Below are positions 24,975 through 34,566 of a stretch of 64,000 bases of DNA, one piece after another. A program made the translations under genes and the position numbers. Numbering within the stretch: position 1 is the stretch's first letter; every line of letters begins with the position of its first letter. Location: positions 186,001 through 250,000 of the forward strand of contig OZ025691.1 of the NCBI GenBank assembly GCA_964019335.1, read 5' to 3'. A model generated the notes under the pieces. It was not told where the DNA came from and did not search any database. It saw only the letters and a list, made by a program, of their open reading frames with translations. The stretch comes from Diplonema japonicum. Taxonomy: Eukaryota > Protista > Euglenozoa: Diplonemea.

Positions 24975-25272
24975 CACGGGCACTCTTGACCAAGACCTTT
25001 TCCACGTAAAACTCGTTGCCAAAACCGTGAAGATGCGCAGCAAATTGGTCTACAACCTCCCGCAAGGGAAGGAGTTCACCTCCCTTGCCCCCGTGGTTTC
25101 AGCCTGGATCGCATCCAATCAATACGGCCTTGAGTGGGAAGATGGTGACGGGGATAGGGTTCAGATCATCAACCAAGAAGATATGACTTACTGTGTGGAT
25201 GCTTACTGGCAAGGAATCTCTCAATTTATGAACATTTATGTTGTCAAAACGGAGGGTGCACTCAGTGCGTGA
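23545..25272 (+). CDS. NEK-family Ser/Thr kinase with acidic tract and C-terminal PB1-like domain
   Basis: IGRGAQG, VVKT, HRDIKPGN, DFG, GTPFYISPE, DMWSLG. Poly-Glu at about 24913-24972. LEWEDGDGDRVQI resembles the PB1 OPCA motif. Confidence 0.92.
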
Positions 25273-25311
25273 CTGAACCCCCTGCAATGGGGAACGAGGT
25301 TCTTTTCTATT

Positions 25312-25356
<45 letters not shown>

Positions 25357-25507
25357 AAAACTTTTTTTTTTCTTTTCTCCCTTTTTTTTTGTTTTGTTTT
25401 CATGTGGCCAGCTTGGCGACTCCGATAGTTGTCCAAAGAAAAATCCCCCTCTAAAAAAAAATAAATAAATCCCAGAATCGGTTTTTTTCTTTTCTTTTCT
25501 TTTCTTG

Positions 25508-25549
25508 TCAGGCGTCCTGCCACATACCGCAGGTACCCTTAAATGTCTC
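25508..25549 (+). mobile_element. 5'-truncated 42-bp copy of the retrotransposon 3' terminus
   Basis: TCAGGCGTCCTGCCACATACCGCAGGTACCCTTAAATGTCTC is identical to 40529-40570. Followed by a T-tract and preceded by a T-rich tract. Confidence 0.9.
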
Positions 25550-25985
25550 TTTTTTTTTTTCTTTTTTTTTTTTCTTTTCTTTCTTTCTATTTTAAAGGCT
25601 GTGCCGTTTGTCGATTTGTTTAATACTTTTTTTGTTTTTGTTTTTGCACTAAACTGAGAATCTGAGAAAAAAAAATTAATAAAAAAGGGAGGAAAAGAAG
25701 AAGGAAAAAAAAGGGGGAAAAAAATGGGGCGTTGTGATAGCCGGAGATCAAACCAATTTTTTCTTCTTCCCCCCCCCCCCCCCCCCCTTGTTTCCACCTT
25801 CCTTTGATCTAAGTTGCTTTGTCATCTCCTCCCCCCCCCCCCCCCCCCCCGCATTATTTCGTCTTTTTAGAAGAAAGAAAAAAAAAAGGAATTTACCCAA
25901 TAAATTTAACAATCATAAAACAGGCTTCATTTGCTCTTATTTCTTTTATTTACACAAAAAAAAAAAAAAAAAAAAAAAAAAGAAA

Positions 25986-26384
25986 ATGAACGCAGCGTTA
26001 AAGATGCAATGGTGCAGTTGTGTTCTAGGCGACTTGTGCAGCGAAAGGGAGGGATGCCAGCGATTCCATTTGGAAGATGTTTGCAACGAGAAGATCAAGC
26101 TGAGCGCGGTGGAGAACATGGAGGAAAGCCTTGCAGAGGCTTTCAAAGAGTTCGTCTTAATGCTCGTCAGTGAGTGCAAAGAAAAAGATCTTGCGATCTT
26201 TGTAGGGAAGCTCAGAGGCCTTTGCTTTCAATTCCCCCCTTCTTTCTCTCTTGAGAGATGCATAGAGGCAGTCGCCTCGCTCACCATCGATGATCTCTCC
26301 TTTGATTTGCACAAGGGTCTTCCATGCAAGCGAAAAGCTACTGTCCAGCTCATACTAGATTTTATTACTCACGCAATGCTCTGA
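25986..26384 (+). CDS. Hypothetical protein (132 aa)
   Basis: ATG after an A-tract, balanced coding composition, no recognised domain. Confidence 0.55.
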   Translation: MNAALKMQWCSCVLGDLCSEREGCQRFHLEDVCNEKIKLSAVENMEESLAEAFKEFVLMLVSECKEKDLAIFVGKLRGLCFQFPPSFSLERCIEAVASLTIDDLSFDLHKGLPCKRKATVQLILDFITHAML

Positions 26385-27089
26385 TTTTCCAAGTCGGATC
26401 ATCTTTTGCTACTTTCCTAGAGACCTTGAACTTAGTAGAGAAAAAGAAATTTGTAGAATCCAATGTACGAAACGAAATAGATCCGAGAGAACTCTAAGAA
26501 AAGCAAAAAAGGGGGAGGAGGGGAAGTTCATAAGAAAAAAAAAAAAAAATGGTGTGTTTCTTACCATTTCCTCTCCTTCCTTTCTTTTCTGCAACCTATT
26601 ATTAGAGAGAACAAAAAAAAAAAAAAAAAAGATTCTTCCTTTATGTTCGTACGTACTTCTTTTTGTATATCTCCCTTTACATAAAATCGCACCCTACCCT
26701 TTCTTTTCTATGCCTCCCTGCTCTTCCTCTTCTTCTTTTTCTTTTTTTTTAAAGGCGATCCTGCAGGTTCCCTTCAAATACACGTTTTTTCCCTCTTTTT
26801 TCTTCTTCTCAAAATCGTCCACAGCAACTGGTCGCTCCCTACCGTTTTTCAATAAATTGTTACTGTAAATTAATTTATTCACAAATTCACAATTTTGAGA
26901 CACCTTTCTTCGGCTTTGGGGTGAATTCGAAATCTACAAAGTATTTTCAGAGGCTAAAACTTTGCAGTGAAATGCAAAAAGCTTTTGGTCTAAAAATACT
27001 GTTGTGGACAAATGTCAAAGGACACAACTGGCTGGGACAAGAGTGCATATCTGGATCAATCTTCTAAATCGATCCCAGTATTTCGCATC

Positions 27090-27162
27090 GGTCGTGTAGC
27101 TCAGTCGGTAGAGCATTGGTCTAATAAGCCAACGGTCCCAGGTTCGAGCCCTGTCACGACCA
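27090..27162 (+). tRNA. tRNA-Ile (AAT)
   Basis: GGTCGTG/CACGACC acceptor stem, D-arm GCTC/GAGC, anticodon loop CT-AAT-AA, TTCGA T-loop, T-run terminator downstream. Confidence 0.95.
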
Positions 27163-27411
27163 TTATTTTTTTCTTTCCTCAAGCATTGCTTTTTGGAGTC
27201 AAGAGTTTCACAGTCGGGCCATTTCCCGCCTGGAGATTCTTGAAGCCACTGAACGACCAGAGGAGTTTTTTTGGGTGTTTTATCACGTCCGGACATTTTT
27301 CAATCCGATATTTTTCACTTCCAGCATTCATTTCTTATCTTGCTATCCTCTCATTGCATTTTAATCTCGTAAAGGAAAGGTTTTTCCCAAAAGAAGAAAA
27401 AAAAAAGAAAA

Positions 27412-29816
27412 ATGTCGCGCGTAATTCCTAAGCCGTCCTCTACCAATGACAGTGCCTGTGTCTACCTAACCCGAGGCAGCTTGTCAGGCGAGGAGGAAGG
27501 TTTGTTATTACACGTGAATAATGCTGCTGCGGTGAGATCTGTGACAAACCCGTAGCGATGAAGGATTGGAAAGCGCATGTGAGCGGGAAAAAACACATGA
27601 AAATGGGCGAGGAGGGAGGGAAGACTGTTGAAGAAATCCGTACGCACGATGCAATGGTGGTAAAGACGATACCGGAGAGGCATCCTGTGGTCAAAAAGCT
27701 TGACAAGAAGACAGAAGAAACGAAGCCCAAGGAGCTCGAGGTCCACGAAGTGAACGGGGCAGCAGCCGTGAAATGCACTGTGTGCGCTAAACTAATCGCG
27801 ATGAAGGATTGGCTACAACACATCGCAGGGAAGAAGCACCTGTCAACAGGAATGGATGAGCGAAGGCGCATCAAACTGGACGAAAGAATGACGAAAAGCC
27901 TCCCAGAGATCTTCTCGTTACGAAAGACAACGCGGACAGAGACACCAAGAGATACAATACGCGAGGCCGTGATCGACAAAACACCAACGCTAAAAACAAA
28001 GGGTGTGACTGGAGTCATTACAAGCACAGACACCGTGGCATGCGACTACGTGATGCACACAGCTAACCGTGAGGCCATCTGCGGGGACATACCGACGTCC
28101 AGCAAGGGCCACAGTGTCGGAACCCTTGTTGTCTTTGACATTAGGATCGACCATGTTACTCGGGAGCTGGTTGCACATAACATCTGCCACAGAAATACGA
28201 AGGCAGAATGGATCCCGTGTGAAGAGTTGGTGAAGATACCCAAACCCCCACTGAGGAACACCGGTTACATCGAACTAAGCTCCGCTGCCGTCGTGGACGG
28301 CCTCACCCTTATGTTTAACATTCGCCTGCAGAAAGCCACTGACGGTTCCGTGGAGTACATACGTGGCGGGGTTGTAAGATATCTGCGTTCTGGTTTCTTC
28401 TTCGATTACAAATCCTACCACCTCCGCTCGCGTTGTGGGGCATTCTGCTTCCCTTTCTCCGTCACGAACAGTTCACAGCTTTACCGGTTGGGCATCCTTT
28501 GTTCCTTCATCAGATCCCTCGGTCATCTCGACTTCCCTACAGAAGCGCATCAGAAAAAGGAATTCACCGCGCACTTTTCAAATACCGATATGTTGCTCTC
28601 CGAAGTGCAGTGCCCCGAAGTGCTGCAGGAGGTCCAAGGCGTATGGGACCACAATTCCTACATCAAGAAGATGTGGAGGATCTGCAATGATAAAATGGAA
28701 GCAGCGTTCAATGATACGCACAGTCGATTCTCGCAGAATGAAGGCGAATACCTGGACGTGGGGTACGGGTTCCACGGGACAGCAGAGCAGAACATCCAAA
28801 GCATCGCCACGGATGGCTTCGACACCTCAAAGCGGAGGGGTCAGGCATACGGTCCTGGGGAGTACTTTGCGCTCAATTCCAGCACGTCTGTTGGATACAC
28901 AAAAGGAGGATCTTACATGTTTTACTGTAAACTCCTCATTGGGAAACCAGAAGTGCACTCCCGGTACGTAAACCACTCTCGCTTCCACGTGGTCAACACA
29001 CAGAGCGGCACTGTTATGGCACTCCCCATGTACCTTATTAGGTTCGAAGAGATAAGTAACGCGACGCCTGTCTGGCTCAAGTCGCTTGAGGATCACATAA
29101 CACCTGACAATCTGAAAGTCAACTACCTACCGTCTGCGATACGGCCTGTTGATAGTAGCAAGGCAACGCTTATCCCGTTGGATAAGATGGTTGGGGAATT
29201 CACGGTGCGTGGAGTGGTAACGGCATGCGCAGAGAAAGTGTGTAAGATTGTGCGTGAAGCGGTGAACGTTGCGTCAATTGTGCAGAGCAAGGATATTCTC
29301 GGGCACGTGGAACTCGACGTAGTGCTGGCAACAAAGGTGGCAGGCGGGAAGGCGCTTGGCGAGCTGCGGAACAAGATTTACGATGCTGTGTGCCTCGCTG
29401 TCGTGATCAGCAGCAGAGACGCATTGCAGGACAAACAACCCAAAACAGACAAGCTATGGAAGGAAATGTTGAGAAGCGGAACCTACTTCGAGCTGCTCAT
29501 AAGATATCCGACCAAGAAAACGGTCAAAAAATTCTGCTGCCCGAACAGGTTCTCCCGCTACGTCGCAATTCGGTCCAAGTACTCATCGAGTGCCTTGCAA
29601 GAAAAACAGTTGTTTCTCAACACCCCTCTCTCCCCTGCTGAACTGGGTGGGTTCTTGAACGGAAACCAATACCCCAGGGATCTAACCTTCTCGATAGAAC
29701 CAGAGTCCGTGTACAGTTGCGATGGTGACATGCGCAGTATCTTGTGCAGCGTTATCACCATTGAAGACACGGCTCTGGCGCACTGTGATACCGTTCTGCC
29801 CCTTTACGGGCTGTAG
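27412..29816 (+). CDS. Zinc-finger (U1-type C2H2 x2) / cold-shock-like / PARP catalytic-domain protein; frameshift near 27535
   Basis: C..C.....DW..H..GKKH occurs twice. VGTLVVFDIRIDHVTRELVAHNI is CSD/OB-like. GFHGT..NIQSI..DGF..AYGPGEYFA..S.GY is the PARP/ART signature. The upstream ATG 27412 frame is disconnected from the 27558 frame. Confidence 0.8.
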
Positions 29817-30260
29817 TACTCCCTTTTCTTTTTTTTTCTCTCTTTATTTTCCCTTCTTTCTTTGATTTCAATTAACACAAGGCAAACCCGCTATTGTCAC
29901 TACCCCAAATGGTGCGCAAGCCTTTTTTTTTTCCATTTCTCCCTCCCTCTCTCTCTCTCTCTCTTTTTTTTTTTTTTTTTTTTCTTCTAAAACTATTCGT
30001 GGGCAGCGCAGTTTTGCAAAATCTTGCAACTTTGTTTTAAAAAAAAAGTAAAATAAAAATAGTGCATCCAAACCGAACCGCAGAATAGTACCGCAGAATG
30101 CCCCCCCTCCCCCCCTGTTGTTCTTCCCTTTTTCGATTTAGAACACAGCCCCTTTTCATTTCGCTTTTTTTTGGTGGTTAGCTAGCATTCATCCGTCATT
30201 TTGATTTATTCCCCCCACCTTGCTGTCTTTAACTAAACAAAGAGCGGGGAGGGGTGTTCA

Positions 30261-33200
30261 ATGCGATGGCATGAATCGGCAGTCTTCCTTGTGCTGCTGG
30301 TCTTTAGGGCTGCAGGGTTTGCCCTTGAAGCAAGATGGTTCGCAGATGGAACAAGCAATGACAACAGTGGCAGCGGGAACCACATGCAAGGCCTAGGTTA
30401 CACAGCTCTTGTTGATCCTTGGGCGAACTGGGATGTGGTGCAATTTGACGGGAATGCATCGTCGTGTGCTTACGTGAACAGCACCCCTGGAGCTTTTGAC
30501 CTTGGAGAGCCTACAACAGTGAGCTTCTGGTTGAAAGCCGAAGATCAGCCTAGCTACCAGTCAGTGGTCGCGTGGTCCACAGCTGGTGCAGAACGTATCG
30601 GGCTAGGAATCTATCGCGAAGGACCGCGGACTAACCTGGCAATTTACGAGATGTCTGGCATTTGGGGTACCCACCGATCTCACATCTTCCCTGACGTGGG
30701 GGCGTCACAGTGGAACCACTTCGTGCTCTACTTTGATCCGACGGTTTCTCTTATGTCCGTTTGGTTCAACGGTGACCTGAAGAATGATTCCATCTCAGTA
30801 CCAGTCTTCTCTACCACTTCTTTCAGCGTTGGGTGCAACTTCAAGAATGGTGTCATTGACACCAGTTATAACATGGTGCCCGGCTCTTTCATCTACGACC
30901 TGTCATACCACACTGGGGACTACCCCTGTCTAACAAGCGACTACTTCTACTACGACACAAAATGCCACTGGTTCGGAAACATCGGTTCTTATGATCCCAT
31001 CAACTGCGCTCCAGGCGAAGTCGTCAGCATCCATTCCCCCTGGGACGATCTTATCTACAGCCGATCCAACATTAACACTCACTTCTGGATCGGTCTCGTA
31101 CGAAACAGTTCATCACTCGCCTGGAACTGGACGGACGGGACCCCATTTGACTACTCTACGCTCTGGTGTGGTGATAAAAAACATAGGTCAAGTGACTGGG
31201 AGCACAGCGGGGTTTGGTGTGACGGTGTGGGGAACAAACAGCCAGACTCTCTTAACCAGTTTTGTTCGAGATACGATTACAGTTTAGGCCCGGGGTTGTT
31301 AGATAAGACTTGCAGCGAGAGTCGGGCGCATCTTTGTTACACGCAGGTGGAATTAAGTACACCTGCGCCAGACACTTTCGCACCAGATACGCTTGCACCC
31401 AATACATCTGCACCAGATACGCTGGCACCCGATACCCTTGCTCCTGATACACTTGCACCCAACACATCTGCACCAGATACGTTGGCACCTAATACTTCTG
31501 CACCTGACACATTTGCACCAGATACACTTGCACCTAATACGTCTGCGCCAGATACGCTCGCACCCGACACCCTTGCTCCTGATACACTTGCACCTAACAC
31601 ATCTGCCCCCGATACGTTGGCACCTAATACTTCTGCGCCCGACACATTTGCACCAGATACGTTGGCTCCCAACACATCTGCACCCGACACCTTTGCTCCT
31701 GATACACTTGCACCCAACACATCTGCCCCCGATACGTTGGCACCTAATACTTCTGCACCTGGCACACTTGCACCAGATACGTTGGCTCCCAACACATCTG
31801 CACCCGACACTTTTGCTCCTGATACACTTGCACCCAACACATCTGCACCAGATACGTTGGCACCCAATACATCTGCACCCGACACTCTTATCCCCGATAC
31901 ACTTGCACCCAATACATCTGCTCCTGACACTCTTGTACCTGATACACTTGCTCCCGACACAATTGCACCTGACACATCTGCGCCAGATACGTTGGCACCC
32001 AATACATCTGCACCCGACACCTTTGTACCTGATACACTTGCACCCAACACATCTGCGCCAGATACGCTTGCACCCAATTCATCTGCGCCAGATACGTTAG
32101 CACCCGACACAATTGCTCCTGATACATCTGCACCCAACACATCTGTGCCAGATACACTTGCGCCCAACACATCTGCTCCAGATACTTTTGTTCCCAGCAC
32201 ATCCGCTCCTGACACCCCTGCGCCAGATACGTTTGTACCTACTACATCTGCACCCGATACTCTTGTACCTGAGACACTCGCACCCAATACATCTGCTCCA
32301 GATACTCCTGCTCCCTACACTCCTGCTCCAGATACACTTGCACCCAATACATCTGCTCCAGATACTCCTGCTCCTGACACTCTTGCTCCAGATACACTTG
32401 TGCCTAATACATCTGCACCCGACACTCTTGTACCTGAGACTCTTGCGCCCAATACTTCTACACCAGATACCCTTGCTCCAATTACCTTGTTACCTAGCAC
32501 TTCCGCACCGAACACGCTTGTACCTCTAACGGGGGTACCTGGAACCTTCTCGCCCTTAACGCCCCAACCGACTACGGCAGCACCCACGGCCCTCCCTACA
32601 CAAGCACCCAAGGAGGATGCAGTGCTCCCTTCGCCAACACCTGAACCTGGAAAAGTCATCCCGGCATCTGAGAAAAAGGTTGTCCAGGGTGGTGCCAGTG
32701 CAGCCACGGCTACAAATCCTAGTGGTGCAAAGCTTGCTGCTGTTATTGGGATGGACTGCGAGGTAGAGGACATCGACCTTGGGGGTGGTGAGCCTCTGGA
32801 CTGGGAGTTCCACCCCCTTGGCTTCGGGATTGGGGACCACAAGCAGAAGTATTTCTTAGGGGCCGTTGTCTCAAACCTCGTGATCGTGATAGTGTTCTTC
32901 GTGCTGAACTACGCGATAGCGTGGGTGCAGGTGGCGTGCTTGAAGGTTCCTTTGCCGACGGCCGTCTTCTATGTTCGGGCACCTGGCCTAGTCTACATCC
33001 CTATGCTTTGGCTGTTGATGGGAACAAGCATCGCTGCATCGAACCTTGCTTTCTTCCCCTCACGGGCACCTAGTTGGGTTGCTGCTGTCGGTGTCGCAGT
33101 GCTTCTCCTCTGTCTGTCGCTCCCTGCCATAATGTGGTGGACGTTGCTGCGCAAAGCAAAGTTCCAGGCAACAACTGTTCCTGACCCGAAGATCAATGAG

Positions 33201-34103
33201 AACGCTGCTCATATCGTGAAAGGTTTTGGGAAGGGGGCCGATGGGGCAGACGATGAAAAGGAGGCAACTGTGTACACAGGGTGGAAGCGAACGGCGTACG
33301 TCCTAGTCTTCGGGTCGGAGGTGTGGGTTCGGAATGACGGGGCACCCGATTACTTTGTGGAGCAGTACGGGTTGTTCTTTGAGCAATACAGGAACAATTT
33401 CCACTGGTTCTCCCTTGTTGAGATGGTGCAGATACTGGCGCTGGCACTGTCGTCCGCGTGGAAGCCGAGAAACCACGGGATGTGCATGTTCAGAAATATA
33501 TTGATCACGATTGTGCTGTTCGTGTTTTTCGCAATGATTGTGACCCTCCGTCCTTACAACTCAATGCTTGACATGATAACAGCGTCCGCCATGAGCGGGC
33601 TGATGTTCGCTGCCGTGCTGTTGATGGCAATCGCTATTGGTGTCGGGGGGAGCTCTATGTTGATGACATGGGCGGCGTACTTACTGCTTCTCACGGCTCT
33701 TCTGATGATGTTCAAGGGTGCGTACGATCTGATTTTGTACTGCCTTGACGTTAAGATAGGAAGGCGGTGGGATGCCGTTCGAGCTGCTCGAGCAGGAAAC
33801 GTTGAAAAATGGAAAGGAAAGACCGAGACCTTGGAAATGTCGCTGCTGGGCAGCAGTGATGCGACATCGAGCGCAGATGAAGGGTCTGTATCCTGGGCCG
33901 GTCCGGGGGCAGCGACGTACCAATTATCGAATTCGGCCCCGAACATGGTAGAAATGCCAACGGCAAGATCTCAGCTTGACCTTTCGCACTTGCAAACGTT
34001 TGCTTCTCGACCCGTGGGCTGTAGCCCCGGCAATCGGACCAACCTCAGCCAAACGGCGGTGCTCCCCAAAAAGACGAATTATGCAAAAATCGTTTCTATT
34101 TGA
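30261..34103 (+). CDS. Surface receptor-like protein: signal peptide, ConA/LamG-like, C-type lectin, mucin-like repeat stalk, multi-TM C-terminus
   Basis: TVSFWLK..QWNHFVL..WFNG (LamG-like); FWIGL..WNWTDGTPFDY..QPD..C..C (CTLD); pentapeptide stalk; about 7-8 hydrophobic helices. Confidence 0.88.
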   Translation: MRWHESAVFLVLLVFRAAGFALEARWFADGTSNDNSGSGNHMQGLGYTALVDPWANWDVVQFDGNASSCAYVNSTPGAFDLGEPTTVSFWLKAEDQPSYQSVVAWSTAGAERIGLGIYREGPRTNLAIYEMSGIWGTHRSHIFPDVGASQWNHFVLYFDPTVSLMSVWFNGDLKNDSISVPVFSTTSFSVGCNFKNGVIDTSYNMVPGSFIYDLSYHTGDYPCLTSDYFYYDTKCHWFGNIGSYDPINCAPGEVVSIHSPWDDLIYSRSNINTHFWIGLVRNSSSLAWNWTDGTPFDYSTLWCGDKKHRSSDWEHSGVWCDGVGNKQPDSLNQFCSRYDYSLGPGLLDKTCSESRAHLCYTQVELSTPAPDTFAPDTLAPNTSAPDTLAPDTLAPDTLAPNTSAPDTLAPNTSAPDTFAPDTLAPNTSAPDTLAPDTLAPDTLAPNTSAPDTLAPNTSAPDTFAPDTLAPNTSAPDTFAPDTLAPNTSAPDTLAPNTSAPGTLAPDTLAPNTSAPDTFAPDTLAPNTSAPDTLAPNTSAPDTLIPDTLAPNTSAPDTLVPDTLAPDTIAPDTSAPDTLAPNTSAPDTFVPDTLAPNTSAPDTLAPNSSAPDTLAPDTIAPDTSAPNTSVPDTLAPNTSAPDTFVPSTSAPDTPAPDTFVPTTSAPDTLVPETLAPNTSAPDTPAPYTPAPDTLAPNTSAPDTPAPDTLAPDTLVPNTSAPDTLVPETLAPNTSTPDTLAPITLLPSTSAPNTLVPLTGVPGTFSPLTPQPTTAAPTALPTQAPKEDAVLPSPTPEPGKVIPASEKKVVQGGASAATATNPSGAKLAAVIGMDCEVEDIDLGGGEPLDWEFHPLGFGIGDHKQKYFLGAVVSNLVIVIVFFVLNYAIAWVQVACLKVPLPTAVFYVRAPGLVYIPMLWLLMGTSIAASNLAFFPSRAPSWVAAVGVAVLLLCLSLPAIMWWTLLRKAKFQATTVPDPKINENAAHIVKGFGKGADGADDEKEATVYTGWKRTAYVLVFGSEVWVRNDGAPDYFVEQYGLFFEQYRNNFHWFSLVEMVQILALALSSAWKPRNHGMCMFRNILITIVLFVFFAMIVTLRPYNSMLDMITASAMSGLMFAAVLLMAIAIGVGGSSMLMTWAAYLLLLTALLMMFKGAYDLILYCLDVKIGRRWDAVRAARAGNVEKWKGKTETLEMSLLGSSDATSSADEGSVSWAGPGAATYQLSNSAPNMVEMPTARSQLDLSHLQTFASRPVGCSPGNRTNLSQTAVLPKKTNYAKIVSI
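31362..32520 (+). repeat. Coding 15-bp tandem repeat (APDTL/APNTS pentapeptides)
   Basis: About 75 units of GCACC(A/C/T)(G/A)A(T/C)AC... The NTS units are N-glycosylation sequons. Confidence 0.95.
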
Positions 34104-34334
34104 ATTTTTTTTTTTTTTTTTTTTGATAGGAATCTTTGTTTCTTTCAAAAAAAAAAAAAAAAAAAAAAAAAAGTATGCGCTCGCGAGATTGTTCCCAAGC
34201 CCTAATGCGGCTGTGTTGGGCGTATATTTTACATCCTCTCCTTTTCTTTCTTTTTTTTTTTCTTTTTGTTCATCTATTCTGTTTTTCTGTTCTTCTATTG
34301 TTTCCTTTGTGTTTTTTTTGTCTTTCGTTTTTTC

Positions 34335-34362
<28 letters not shown>

Positions 34363-34365
<3 letters not shown>

Positions 34366-34380
34366 CTGTACTTTATTGGT
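34363..34380 (+). other. Spliced-leader exon 3' relic followed by GT
   Basis: TTTCTGTACTTTATTG|GT matches the conserved 3' end of the kinetoplastid/diplonemid 39-nt SL (…CAGTTTCTGTACTTTATTG). It lies exactly at the junction between the T-tract and the element. Confidence 0.8.
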
Positions 34381-34566
34381 CGCTCCCCGTGGCTGATAAA
34401 TAAAGGCGTTAACGGGGTAAATCTCTACTTCCCTTACTACACGGGAGGTGACGTGGTACATCAATCATACTATAAACTCAACAAAAAAAAAAAAAAACAA
34501 ATAAAAATAATAAAATATAAAATATTTAAATATATTTATTAAAAAATAATTATTCTTCCTACCAAA

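Noticed and set aside
15743-27089. snRNA/7SL genes divergently linked to the tRNAs, as in trypanosomatids
   Set aside because: No recognisable U2, U6, U5 or 7SL motifs upstream of either tRNA. An Infernal search would be needed to exclude them fully.
31337-32287. Antisense and alternate-frame ORFs over the pentapeptide repeat; CRISPR-like appearance
   Set aside because: A by-product of a 15-bp coding tandem repeat. There are no unique spacers and no cas genes, so it is not a CRISPR array.
34363-34480. A bona fide SL RNA gene
   Set aside because: The 5' ~23 nt of the SL exon are absent, there is no nearby T-tract terminator or tandem repeat unit, and the sequence runs into the retroelement.
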